DNA from: a virus
Taxonomy: Duplodnaviria; Heunggongvirae; Uroviricota; Caudoviricetes
Reading direction: 5' to 3' (one strand)
DNA: 64,000 nt
IMG/VR virus record: IMGVR_UViG_3300021256_000055
Span: 135,124-199,123 of that record
Translations under genes and position numbers: made by a program
Notes under the pieces: generated by a model
Told to the model about the DNA's origin: nothing
Database searches by the model: none
Seen by the model: only the letters and a program-made list of their open reading frames with translations
Shown: piece after piece, positions 34,360-43,717 of the stretch
Layout of the letters: each line of letters starts with the position of its first letter
How positions within the stretch are numbered: the stretch's first letter is position 1

Positions 34360-35817
34360 TTATAAAATATATTTTTCGTTAGATTTTACAATTTCTACAT
34401 TTTTATATCCCGCTTCTGCTAATTCTTTTTTTAGATAAGCCTGACTATCTGGTTCACCATGAACTAAAAATATTTTCTTTAAGCGGCTAGTATCAATTGA
34501 ATTAAGCCAATCAATTTCTTCTTTATAATCCGCATGTGCAGAGAATGCATTTATTTTTTCGATATTAGCTTTAACACTAAAAAGGCTGTTTAAGATTGTG
34601 ACTTCTTTTTCTCCATCAAGAAGTTTTCTTCCTAATGTATTCTCTGCCATAAATCCAACGATTAAAACAGTATTTTTTGGGTCTTCAATATTTGCTGCTA
34701 AGTGGTGAGTAATTCTTCCAGCTTCACACATACCATCTGCAGCAATAATAATACATGGGTCTTTCTTTTTGTCAAGTTTCATTGAATCTTGATTAGATGC
34801 TACAAAAGTTAACTTATCAAATTGGAAAGGACTTTTATGTTTATCTAAGAAATCATCATAAATACCATGATCATAGCATTCTGGATGAACTCTAAATATA
34901 CCCGTCGCATTTGTCGCCATTGGTGAATCTACATAAACTGGAAGTTTAGGAATTTTTTTATCTCTTAAAAGGAGATTAAGATAGTAAATTATTTCCTGAG
35001 TTCTTTCAATAGCAAAAGATGGAATTAAAACTTTTCCACCTTTATCTGCTGTTTCTTTAATTATTTTAGCAAAATGTTCTAATGCTACATCTCTTCCTTC
35101 ATGTCGTCTATTACCATATGTAGATTCCATATAAATATAATCTGGCGCGTCAACATTAGTATCTGGCTTTTTAATAATTGGTTTCTCAGGACGGCCTAAG
35201 TCGCCAGTATATAGTACTCTAATTTCTTTAGAAGATTCACCCTTATTAAATAACTTATCTAATATTCCAGGTTCTTCTTTAACATATAGTTCTACCATAG
35301 ATGAGCCAAGAATATGACCCGCATCAAAAAGTTGAACATCACAATTCTTAAAAAGATTAGTTTTAGTATGATATGGAATAGTTACCATTTTACAAGCTGT
35401 ATTTACACAATCATCTTCATTGTATAATGGCTGTAAAACTGTCTTTCCTATCTTATCACCTTTACGTCTTGCAGCTGCAAGATAAGTTTGATAGTCTTGA
35501 TATTGGATTTTTGCTGAGTCCATCATTACAAGATTTGCTAAATCTCTTGTAGCTGATGTTGAATAGATTGATTTTTTATAACCGTTTTTAATTAAAAGTG
35601 GTAATAATGCACAATGGTCGGCGTGTGCATGCGTTAAGATAACTGATTCCAAGTTTGAAGTATCAACATTAAAGTCTCTATTTTTTTCATCAGATTCTTT
35701 TCGTTTTCCTTGAAATAGTCCACAATCAATTTGGACAAGTTTACCGTTAATGTCCAAAAAGTGTCTAGAACCTGTAACTTCTTCACAAGCTCCTTGACTG
35801 AATGCTACAATTTTCAA
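34360..35817 (-). CDS. metallo-beta-lactamase fold beta-CASP nuclease (RNase J/CPSF-like)
   Basis: VILTHAHADHCALLP is the HxHxDH motif. Length and C-terminal layout are consistent with beta-CASP/RMMBL. Confidence 0.7.
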   Translation of the reverse strand: MKIVAFSQGACEEVTGSRHFLDINGKLVQIDCGLFQGKRKESDEKNRDFNVDTSNLESVILTHAHADHCALLPLLIKNGYKKSIYSTSATRDLANLVMMDSAKIQYQDYQTYLAAARRKGDKIGKTVLQPLYNEDDCVNTACKMVTIPYHTKTNLFKNCDVQLFDAGHILGSSMVELYVKEEPGILDKLFNKGESSKEIRVLYTGDLGRPEKPIIKKPDTNVDAPDYIYMESTYGNRRHEGRDVALEHFAKIIKETADKGGKVLIPSFAIERTQEIIYYLNLLLRDKKIPKLPVYVDSPMATNATGIFRVHPECYDHGIYDDFLDKHKSPFQFDKLTFVASNQDSMKLDKKKDPCIIIAADGMCEAGRITHHLAANIEDPKNTVLIVGFMAENTLGRKLLDGEKEVTILNSLFSVKANIEKINAFSAHADYKEEIDWLNSIDTSRLKKIFLVHGEPDSQAYLKKELAEAGYKNVEIVKSNEKYIL

Positions 35818-35842
35818 TAATATTCTCCTATATAAATATAAA

Positions 35843-35868
35843 TTAACCCAAGATAAAACTTGGGTTAA
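35843..35868 (-). terminator. hairpin (ttaacccaagataaaacttgggttaa)
   Basis: 8-bp stem. The AT-rich tail is only moderately T-rich. Confidence 0.4.
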
Positions 35869-35883
35869 TTCATTTATTAGTTT

Positions 35884-37794
35884 TTATTTTTGAGCTGCTT
35901 CACGTAAAAGATTTGCTGCATTAAATAGCTTCTTAAAAGACTCTTCAAAAGCATTTTCATCAGGATGCTCAAAACCGAGGTCTTGAGTATCATCCTTAGC
36001 GTAAGGCTTAAAGATATTTGAATAAGATGCTACTTTTGAAGTATCCCTAGCTGGAGCTGTATATTTGCCTTCTAAAGCTGTAGGCACAAATCCTTTTTCA
36101 TCTTGATTATATAATGTGTTATAAATATTTAATGCATCTTCATAAGTTTTAACTTGAGAAGGCCTCAAATTGCGTTTTACAATTTTTGATATTTCACCTT
36201 TTTTATTATGAAGTGGTATTTCTACTTCTGTATCACTATCCTCAATAGGTGTTTCTGCAGCAGCAGCTTCAGGGCTAGCAATATCATCTGGGCTAACAGT
36301 CGTACTTAAAGGCTCAAGTACTTTAACAAAAGCATCTACTAAGATTGCATCACCAGCTGTTTTATGAAGTGATTGATATAGAGTTGAAAGGTCTGCATTG
36401 CTACCAGCGTACCTTAAAGAAATATCTCTTGCTGCCTTAAATGCGTCATCCGTATAAGTTTGTAATAACCAAGCTTCCTTAGCCAAAATTCTACGCATAC
36501 AATTATGCTTTGGGTCCAAAATAAAGATATGGTCAGTATTACAAAGTAATGTAGGGAATTTATCCTTATAAACTTTACAATGAGCAGGGTCTACAGCGCC
36601 TTTTTTAGATTGGAATGAAATATCAATAACAGCGTATTCTTTAATAGGCTCTTCTGTTAAGCCTTCTTTAACTAAGAAAGGATAGTCTGCTAAAGATGTA
36701 GTTTCTTCAGAATATTCTTTGGTATGTGTTTTAGCCTTAATCATGTCCATTTGGCTGACATAATCAAGAATTTCATCTTTTAATTCTTTAATTTTATCTT
36801 CATCTTCTTGCTTAAACTCATCAAAAAGATAACCATAATTTTTCAATTCATCTGCAATTTTGTTAACATCTGTTTCATTAGCTTTTATCTTTTTTGCTAA
36901 TTCACGAAGGTCATCAATAGTATGGCCTTTAATAAGATCGTTATCATTTTCTGGGCCATATTTAGACGTAACACGTATACCTTTATGTGTGTTACCATCA
37001 TATATTATAACTTTATGCGCTTTAGTGTAAACTGAGTCTTCTTCTTTAATATCTTCCATAGAAGTACTATTAAAGAGGCTTACAAGTTTTGATAAACGCG
37101 CGGTATTACTTGTATCATCATCAAAAGCTTTTCCCTTGAAAGGAATGTATTTCTTTAGACCTACTCCTTTAAGAGCTGCTACAACAAATGTTCTCGCACG
37201 CATTTGTGGTTGACCAACATCAGTACCGTTAACGTCCATAACGTATGTATTATAACCAAAAGCTTCAATTTGTCTAAGAACAGTATTAAACCAACCGTTA
37301 TTCGCTTTATTATGAATTGGTGTTACATTTTCAATAATAAAATAATGTGGCTGTCTAGTATGTTTTACTGGGTCAAGCTCATAACACTCTCTTAAAATAC
37401 GAATACCTTCCCACAAGAATGAAGATTTTTCATTAACAAGTGGTGCCATACCATCCTGAATACCTGCATTTGATAATGACTGACAAGGTGATGAACAAGT
37501 CATAACCCAGATGTCTTTACCATTATGAATAATTCTATTATCAACAGGCTCTTTATCAATAGATGGATCTTGACGAGTGTTAGAACCAATATCTGATCCC
37601 CGTACGTTATTTACATCGCCCCTACCAGGTCCGCCTAAGAAAGTTGTACCATGTACTCTGTTATAAATATCAACAGATTTTTGATCCCATTCTACAAGGT
37701 CAACACAGTCTATTTTACCAAACTTACTTTGTAACCTTTCAAAAGCCATTGTTTGGGTACCAATACCACCAAATAACTCTATAAGTTTAATCAT
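35884..37794 (-). CDS. DNA cytosine-5 methyltransferase with about 180-aa C-terminal extension
   Basis: Motif I ELFGGIGT. Motif IV SSPCQSLS. Motif VI IIENV. Motif VIII QPQMRARTFVV. Motif X-like RRILAKEAWLLQTYTDDAF. Confidence 0.85.
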   Translation of the reverse strand: MIKLIELFGGIGTQTMAFERLQSKFGKIDCVDLVEWDQKSVDIYNRVHGTTFLGGPGRGDVNNVRGSDIGSNTRQDPSIDKEPVDNRIIHNGKDIWVMTCSSPCQSLSNAGIQDGMAPLVNEKSSFLWEGIRILRECYELDPVKHTRQPHYFIIENVTPIHNKANNGWFNTVLRQIEAFGYNTYVMDVNGTDVGQPQMRARTFVVAALKGVGLKKYIPFKGKAFDDDTSNTARLSKLVSLFNSTSMEDIKEEDSVYTKAHKVIIYDGNTHKGIRVTSKYGPENDNDLIKGHTIDDLRELAKKIKANETDVNKIADELKNYGYLFDEFKQEDEDKIKELKDEILDYVSQMDMIKAKTHTKEYSEETTSLADYPFLVKEGLTEEPIKEYAVIDISFQSKKGAVDPAHCKVYKDKFPTLLCNTDHIFILDPKHNCMRRILAKEAWLLQTYTDDAFKAARDISLRYAGSNADLSTLYQSLHKTAGDAILVDAFVKVLEPLSTTVSPDDIASPEAAAAETPIEDSDTEVEIPLHNKKGEISKIVKRNLRPSQVKTYEDALNIYNTLYNQDEKGFVPTALEGKYTAPARDTSKVASYSNIFKPYAKDDTQDLGFEHPDENAFEESFKKLFNAANLLREAAQK

Positions 37795-37796
37795 TA

Positions 37797-38255
37797 TTAT
37801 AGTCCTCTATATAAGTTTATATATTCCATATAATCAAATTTACTATCTGTATTTCTTTTTACAAAACCATTTGATTTATATAGGTTTATTGCATTATAAT
37901 TAGCTTTTACTACTGCTAATATTAGTCTGAAGTTTGAATAGTTATCTTTCCAATATTTTATAGCATATTGTAATAAAGCACTAGCATAGCCTTTTCCTCT
38001 TGCAGAAGGGTCCGTATAACAGCATTCAATAACTACAAATCTTTTATCAGGTAAAATATCTAAAGTAAGAATAGCTTTATTATCTATTGAAAATATTTGA
38101 TGTTTATCTGGCTCATTATAAATGCTATCTACGTAAGATATTACTTTATTTATTTCGCTATTAGATGTTTCTTTATTTAATAGATTATTACTATAATCCA
38201 TTTCATCAAGAGCATACTGTATAGCTATATCTTTATCCGGTTTTATTATATCCAT
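37797..38255 (-). CDS. GNAT-family N-acetyltransferase
   Basis: ARGKGYASALLQYAI...AINLYKSNGF fits the acetyl-CoA-binding motif A/B pattern. Confidence 0.6.
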   Translation of the reverse strand: MDIIKPDKDIAIQYALDEMDYSNNLLNKETSNSEINKVISYVDSIYNEPDKHQIFSIDNKAILTLDILPDKRFVVIECCYTDPSARGKGYASALLQYAIKYWKDNYSNFRLILAVVKANYNAINLYKSNGFVKRNTDSKFDYMEYINLYRGL

Positions 38256-38259
38256 ATTA

Positions 38260-38892
38260 TTAAAAACCTATATGCAGTCTACGCTTAGCCATTTCTGAAA
38301 TAACAGCTAATGCTTCAGGTCGTAGTTGTTCTGTAAATAATGTGCATTTAGCTTTGGTTTCAAGAACCATATTTTCACCTATTGTTCCAGTAAGCTCAGT
38401 AACAATTAAAGTTAAAACAGTTGGTGCGATATTTGCAGGGTCCAGATATACTCTGATAATAAGGTCATCAACATCAATATCTGACTCATATGGAATAGTA
38501 ATATTCCATTGTTCTTCAGTGCCATCTTCAGCAATACTAACTGGAGAAATTTTATAACCAGCCATACCGTCTTTATATATTCTTCGTAAAGGTACTTCAG
38601 GCATCTTAGGAAAAATAATAGAGTCTACTGTAGCGCTTTTTACATCTGCGTACATTAAGTCACCATCTTTATTGCGCTTAAAGGTTACGCGAATACAATC
38701 AGTAGCAGAGCCAGCAAAAGAGATTAAGTTATCTAATAATTTTCTCTTTACAGGTTCTAATTTCATTGAAAGTCTATTTTGAAAACTACGTGCCATGTAA
38801 AAATTAGTAATAAAAACCACTTTATTAGAATAAATTAATACCTTGTAGTTAATATTAATAATATTGTAAAAATTTATTTGATGAGGTTTCAT
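38260..38892 (-). CDS. hypothetical protein (210 aa)
   Basis: Intact ORF. Confidence 0.5.
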   Translation of the reverse strand: MKPHQINFYNIININYKVLIYSNKVVFITNFYMARSFQNRLSMKLEPVKRKLLDNLISFAGSATDCIRVTFKRNKDGDLMYADVKSATVDSIIFPKMPEVPLRRIYKDGMAGYKISPVSIAEDGTEEQWNITIPYESDIDVDDLIIRVYLDPANIAPTVLTLIVTELTGTIGENMVLETKAKCTLFTEQLRPEALAVISEMAKRRLHIGF

Positions 38893-39300
38893 GTGGTTGT
38901 GTTAAAAACAGAAGTGCCACAAAATTGTAATTATAAATCCGCGGATTATGTAAAGTGTTGCTGGAATTGTGATTTCTCTGAAGAGAATCCTTCTTATTCA
39001 GGTGGAAACTTAGATTGTAATAAGAATAAGGGCATTTGTTCTATTATGGGAATATGTGATGACTTTTATGATTCAAGTCAGCTAAATAGTAGAAGGAGAA
39101 AAGAAAACATGACCAGAGAAGAAGTTTTGAATCGTTCAAAATTCGAATTAAAAGCAATGCAGCTAGAAGCTCTTATTAAAGTAACTAAAGAGTTTTTAGA
39201 GACTTGTGACGATGAGTTGGAACGAGAAGTCTTAAATCAGTTAGACTCATTTCAGGATGAGTTAAAAGAAATAAAGGAAACTTATAATTTGGATTTCTAA
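38878..39300 (+). CDS. hypothetical Cys-containing protein (140 aa; true start possibly 38890)
   Basis: Intact ORF. A GAGG ribosome-binding site precedes the second ATG. Several Cys residues, then a coiled-coil-like C-terminus. Confidence 0.45.
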   Translation: MMRFHVVVLKTEVPQNCNYKSADYVKCCWNCDFSEENPSYSGGNLDCNKNKGICSIMGICDDFYDSSQLNSRRRKENMTREEVLNRSKFELKAMQLEALIKVTKEFLETCDDELEREVLNQLDSFQDELKEIKETYNLDF

Positions 39301-39320
39301 AATATGTTTGGAGGTTAAAA

Positions 39321-40424
39321 GTGGCTTATTTAATAGCGGGTAATACTGTCCGTATCATGAATGATAATGATATTGACCTTGTAGAAAATATTCCCGCGGG
39401 CACTTATAAATATTGTTTTAACCCAAAAATGGGCTCTTGGTTAGAAGAATATAAATACAATACTAACCATACAAAAATTTATGGTGATTCAGCAAAAATT
39501 GCCAATCATATTGTAAAGCGATATGAGCTTAATGAGAGCAGAGACAATTTGGGTGTTTTGCTTTCTGGTGGTAAAGGCCTTGGAAAGTCTTTAACTGTAC
39601 GCCTTGTAGTAGAAAAACTTAAGGCTGAAAAACCAATCATTATTGTAGACCAGTACACGCCTGATTTACCAAATTTTTTATGTCAAATAAATGATGCAGT
39701 TATTCTTATGGATGAGTTTGATAAGTTTATGAAAGGCTCATCATCAGAGAATGATGAAAAAGATGAAGAAGATATGACTAAGCAAGAGTCATTGCTTTCT
39801 ACTCTTGATGGTGTAGGTAATAAACTTAATAATTTGTATTTACTTACATGTAATGAGGTATCTAAGGTTGATACAAATTTTATATCTAGACCAGGAAGAA
39901 TAAAGTATCATTATAAATTTACCAAAATTTCAGATGCCTCTATTAGAGCTTATTGTAAAGATAACTTAGATGACCAAAGTTTAACAGAAGATATTGTACG
40001 TTCTTTGAATAAAGTTATGTATGTATCATTTGATATTGTTAAGGCAGTTGTTGAAGAGCTTAATTTATTTGAAGTAAGCGTTCAAGACGCATTAGAATAT
40101 TTAAATATTTCTAAACCAGAAAAAGATATAGTATTGTGGTTTAAGTGTGAATATCTTGATGAAGATAAATGGGAAAGTTATGAGGGTCGAGAATATTATT
40201 ATGATATTGACTTAAATAGCGCAGTTTCATTTAATTTCCGCGGAAATCAATATTATATTGATTTAGAAAAATTAGATTTTTCTAAAAAATATGTTGTTAT
40301 TCAAGAAAAAGATATTGTTGGAGATCCTTCTAATACAAATCGAGATATTAGAGGAATGACCGCAAAAATAACTTTTGCGGGTGGAGAGCATGTTTTAGGA
40401 AAAACAAGTACGTCTGCTTGGTAA
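39321..40424 (+). CDS. AAA+/P-loop ATPase
   Basis: GTG start with a GGAGG ribosome-binding site. Walker A is GGKGLGKSLT. Walker B is VILMDEFD. Confidence 0.6.
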   Translation: MAYLIAGNTVRIMNDNDIDLVENIPAGTYKYCFNPKMGSWLEEYKYNTNHTKIYGDSAKIANHIVKRYELNESRDNLGVLLSGGKGLGKSLTVRLVVEKLKAEKPIIIVDQYTPDLPNFLCQINDAVILMDEFDKFMKGSSSENDEKDEEDMTKQESLLSTLDGVGNKLNNLYLLTCNEVSKVDTNFISRPGRIKYHYKFTKISDASIRAYCKDNLDDQSLTEDIVRSLNKVMYVSFDIVKAVVEELNLFEVSVQDALEYLNISKPEKDIVLWFKCEYLDEDKWESYEGREYYYDIDLNSAVSFNFRGNQYYIDLEKLDFSKKYVVIQEKDIVGDPSNTNRDIRGMTAKITFAGGEHVLGKTSTSAW

Positions 40425-40431
40425 TAAAAAA

Positions 40432-40451
40432 AGACCAGCTTTTGCTGGTCT
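40432..40451 (+). terminator. rho-independent terminator (agaccagcttttgctggtct + ttatttttt)
   Basis: 8-bp stem plus T-run directly after the ATPase stop. Confidence 0.7.
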
Positions 40452-40491
40452 TTATTTTTTAGGGAAATCTTAATTTTTACTAATTGGTATT

Positions 40492-40830
40492 ATGAAGAAA
40501 TTGAATAAGCAAGTCCTAATAGATTTAGAAAAAAAGTCTAAGCAACTACGTTTATTAGATAAAACTAATATACATGAATTTACGAAGGCATTAGTTGACT
40601 TTCAAAAATGCTTAGAAGACTTATCAATTTCTGTAGATAAAGAATTAGAAAAATATAGTTTTTGTGAAAAATGTGGTTCATACCATAATATAGATTCACA
40701 AAAATATACTTGTGAAATTCATGAAGATGAAACTAGCTTTGGATATTATTACGATATGTGTCCTATCTGTGGACATAAAGTTTTTGTAATGAAAAAGCTG
40801 TTAGAACATAGAAAAGCTAATCAGCAATAA
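40492..40830 (+). CDS. zinc-ribbon protein (112 aa)
   Basis: CEKCGSYHN ... CPICGH form two CxxC pairs. Confidence 0.5.
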   Translation: MKKLNKQVLIDLEKKSKQLRLLDKTNIHEFTKALVDFQKCLEDLSISVDKELEKYSFCEKCGSYHNIDSQKYTCEIHEDETSFGYYYDMCPICGHKVFVMKKLLEHRKANQQ

Positions 40831-41521
40831 AGGCTTTATCCCATTCAGGAAATTCTTTCTTAACTTCCTTTATTATTCTTTTCATTTCTTCGCCATAAAT
40901 AAATGTGACTTGTGGACATTGTTCCATTTTTAGTACATCATTTGCGCGGAAAATACCTTTAACTTCATGAGGACAACCATTTACTACAAAATCATAGTAG
41001 AATTTTCTACGTTTACCCGCTGCATCAATATAATAGAAATAATCATCCGTATTTCTTTCTATAGAGCCACCCTGGATATTTTTAACGTAAACATAATATG
41101 CATATTCCCATTTAGAGTCAAAATGTACCCCTTCAGCAGAACCAGACACGGATTGGAAACTATGGTTTTTCTTATCTTTTTTGTCTAATTTTTCAATATC
41201 GTCTTTATCAGATTCCTTTCCATTAAAGCTATCAATATAATCTTCTAAGTCTTTTAGAGAAGCAACATCTGCAGGAAGTTGGATATGCTCACACCTATCT
41301 AGCTCACACATATCTAAATCATCTATATCTAGATCATCCATATCTAGGTCATCTATATCTAGGTCATCTATATCTAACTCGCCCGTAGTATCTTTTCCAA
41401 AAACTTTTATTTTTTTAGGTTTAGTATATAATTTAATTTTATCAAGGCTAGTAGTATTGCTTATTACTGGGAATTTTTTTTGTTCTTTAATATATTGTTT
41501 GATATTTATTTTCTTAGGCAT
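40817..41521 (-). CDS. hypothetical protein with DIDDLD tandem acidic repeats (234 aa)
   Basis: GELDIDDLDIDDLDMDDLDIDDLDMCELD is encoded by 15-nt DNA tandem repeats at about 41311..41390. Confidence 0.5.
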   Translation of the reverse strand: MPKKINIKQYIKEQKKFPVISNTTSLDKIKLYTKPKKIKVFGKDTTGELDIDDLDIDDLDMDDLDIDDLDMCELDRCEHIQLPADVASLKDLEDYIDSFNGKESDKDDIEKLDKKDKKNHSFQSVSGSAEGVHFDSKWEYAYYVYVKNIQGGSIERNTDDYFYYIDAAGKRRKFYYDFVVNGCPHEVKGIFRANDVLKMEQCPQVTFIYGEEMKRIIKEVKKEFPEWDKAFIAD

Positions 41522-41530
41522 AAATAAATT

Positions 41531-41554
41531 AGGTCCGGCAAATTAACCGGACCT
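41531..41554 (-). terminator. hairpin (aggtccggcaaattaaccggacct)
   Basis: 8-bp GC-rich stem with an AT-rich tail, 3' of the 41561..42670 gene. Confidence 0.5.
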
Positions 41555-41560
41555 TATATT

Positions 41561-42670
41561 TTAGTTGTCTGCTCTATCACCTAAGAAGTTTTCGTAGTAT
41601 CTAACTGCGTCTTCTTCAGTAATTGTTGTATCTGGATGTATTTTTTTAAATTCTTCTAGGAATCGTTTACCATCTTCAGCGGTTGCTACTTCGTCCCAAT
41701 ATGGATCACCATCTGGATGGTCAACTAAGTCATCATAAAACATATTATAAAACTCATTTACTTCGTCTTCATTATTATCATCAGGACTATGAGTTTCAAT
41801 ACTTTCATTAAGTGGAGCTGGCTCTTTTAGCTTTCCAATTTTTCTAAGTAAAGCATCAGCAGCATCATGCTTTGCTGATCTATTTTCAGAAGAATAAACT
41901 AAACCATTAGCACCAGCGATTACAGCTTCATTTAATTTTTCCTTCTTTGAAATTTCTTTAATGTTCTCTTCTAAACCTTGTGGGTCTCTAACTGTATCAT
42001 ATACTAAAGCAAGCTTATCAAAATATTCTTCACCTTTAGTATCATAGATTCTGAAATCTTCAACATCTAGTTCATTTTCCATAACAAAATTACGGAATTC
42101 ACCAATAGTTGCCATAGAGGAGTTATCTACATAACCACCATCAAATTTTTCATCAATTTTTTTCTGTATATCAGAGTTTGGGTCATTAAATACAAATTGA
42201 ATAACTTCATCGCTAGGATCATAAACATCTTCCTCAATTTCAGTAGGAATTGATGGCTCTTTATCCAAAAATTCTGCTAAGTCTTCATCTGTATAACCAG
42301 CAGGTAAATCTCCAACATTTTCTTTCATTTTTGATTCAGAAATTCTTACATGAGTAACAGAAGCCCCTCTTTCATTTACAGCATCAAGGTATTTTTTAAA
42401 ATCTTCAAGTTTCCAGTATGAATGTTGTGTAGATTCTGTACCATCTTCTTCAGTAATTGTTAATGCAGCTGGAATAGGGTCATCTATGCCATGGTCCGCT
42501 CTATCAAAGAGCCAATAATAAAATTGACCAACACCATCAAAACCAACACCATCAAAATCTATAGGATGCGTTGATCCATTTTCGTCTTTACAAACTCCTG
42601 CATTTGGGAGAATTTCTATATTAGACTCTTTTAACTTTTCTGACTTAAAAAATGTATCTAAAATATCCAT
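41561..42670 (-). CDS. highly acidic hypothetical protein (369 aa)
   Basis: Intact ORF with strongly Asp/Glu-rich composition. Confidence 0.5.
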   Translation of the reverse strand: MDILDTFFKSEKLKESNIEILPNAGVCKDENGSTHPIDFDGVGFDGVGQFYYWLFDRADHGIDDPIPAALTITEEDGTESTQHSYWKLEDFKKYLDAVNERGASVTHVRISESKMKENVGDLPAGYTDEDLAEFLDKEPSIPTEIEEDVYDPSDEVIQFVFNDPNSDIQKKIDEKFDGGYVDNSSMATIGEFRNFVMENELDVEDFRIYDTKGEEYFDKLALVYDTVRDPQGLEENIKEISKKEKLNEAVIAGANGLVYSSENRSAKHDAADALLRKIGKLKEPAPLNESIETHSPDDNNEDEVNEFYNMFYDDLVDHPDGDPYWDEVATAEDGKRFLEEFKKIHPDTTITEEDAVRYYENFLGDRADN

Positions 42671-42685
42671 AGTTATTTCCTCATT

Positions 42686-42700
42686 TATTATATGTAAACT
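42686..42700 (-). promoter_or_regulatory. conserved motif instance (tattatatgtaaact)
   Basis: 16 nt upstream of the minus-strand ATG at 42670. Identical to the copy at 24244..24258. Confidence 0.45.
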
Positions 42701-42814
42701 ATTATAAATTAGTTTATTTTTTATAAAATAGCCGTAAAGTACTAATTAAAAATCAGTCAGAGTTTTTAAAACTCGCTATTATAATTTTAGAATTTTATTA
42801 TAAAGAGGCTAATA

Positions 42815-43018
42815 ATGGTTACAGTTATCGTTCAGGATGACAATTTAGAAAGAGCAATTCGCAAATTCCGCAAAGAAGTAGATAAAGAAGATATCTTACA
42901 GGAATATCGTGATCGTCAATATTTTGAAAAACCTTCTGCAAAGAAACATCATAAAGAAGTTTCCTTAAAAAGAAAGCAGGAAAAAGAAAACGAAGCGGCT
43001 GCAAAAGAAAGAAAATAA
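42815..43018 (+). CDS. rpsU: ribosomal protein bS21 homologue
   Basis: 67 aa, basic. MVTVIVQDDNLERAIRKFRKEVDKEDILQEYRDRQYFEKPSAKKHHK parallels the S21 pattern (V..EN..FD.ALRRFKR.CEK.G...E.R.R..YEKP...RKR). An AAAGAGG ribosome-binding site is present. Confidence 0.75.
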   Translation: MVTVIVQDDNLERAIRKFRKEVDKEDILQEYRDRQYFEKPSAKKHHKEVSLKRKQEKENEAAAKERK

Positions 43019-43025
43019 AATAAAA

Positions 43026-43044
43026 GGTACCATAATGTGGTACC
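43026..43044. terminator. bidirectional terminator (ggtaccataatgtggtacc + T-run)
   Basis: 7-bp stem followed by tttctttttt, between convergent genes. Confidence 0.65.
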
Positions 43045-43052
43045 TTTCTTTT

Positions 43053-43661
43053 TTATTTATCTATTAAGACCATATTTTTTGGTTTATATTTATAACCTGC
43101 ATGCCTAAGATGATTTTTTTGCCATTTTTTTAATTTTATATATTTTTCATCTTGTTCGTATTCTTTAGCATCATATAGCTGCAAAATAGCTTTAGCTTTT
43201 TCGGTTTCATTTGGTACTGGGCCAGTATATATTCCCGCTACATCCTTAAAAGCGCCATTTTCAGAAATCTCATAGTTAGAATTATTTTTACTATTTGGAT
43301 TTATTCCATCATCATATGGTATAGGGCCGGAATATGTGCCCGCATCTTTATAAGTACCATTTGTATCTACTAGATAACCTGTATTTTTTTGATTAGTTTC
43401 CTCAGCTGGCGAAGGTACTGGTGCACTATAAAAATCTCCCTCATCTTTTAATTGAGTTTTCTCATTTATTTCATATGGAAAATTCTTTTTAGAAACTTCT
43501 GAGAGCGTTTTAGTTCTTGGGTATGGACCTGTATATACTCCATTAATTTTGAAAAATCCACGTTCATCCGTTTGATAACTCTGTTTAATAACCGCTTCTT
43601 GCTCTAATGATTCAAAGTCCAAGCTAAAAGACTCTGATTCAGCATCTATACTGTCTGACAT
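43053..43661 (-). CDS. repeat protein with G-x-Y-[TS]-G-P-x-P motifs (202 aa)
   Basis: Three to four repeats: NGVYTGPYPR, AGTYSGPIPY, AGIYTGPVPN. Confidence 0.5.
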   Translation of the reverse strand: MSDSIDAESESFSLDFESLEQEAVIKQSYQTDERGFFKINGVYTGPYPRTKTLSEVSKKNFPYEINEKTQLKDEGDFYSAPVPSPAEETNQKNTGYLVDTNGTYKDAGTYSGPIPYDDGINPNSKNNSNYEISENGAFKDVAGIYTGPVPNETEKAKAILQLYDAKEYEQDEKYIKLKKWQKNHLRHAGYKYKPKNMVLIDK

Positions 43662-43683
43662 AATTCCACTCCTATTAAAAATT

Positions 43684-43709
43684 AGTGGGTAACTATTAAG
43701 CTACCCACT
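43684..43709 (-). terminator. hairpin (agtgggtaactattaagctacccact)
   Basis: 8-bp stem immediately 3' of the giant ORF. Confidence 0.45.
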
Positions 43710-43717
43710 ATTAGTTA

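Noticed and set aside
38820-38890. Possible fourth copy of the 100-bp conserved element upstream of the plus-strand gene at 38878
   Set aside because: Only scattered AT-rich similarity (gttaatattaataatattg) with no alignable core such as ttgcgatagcggcta. Probably just AT-rich promoter DNA.
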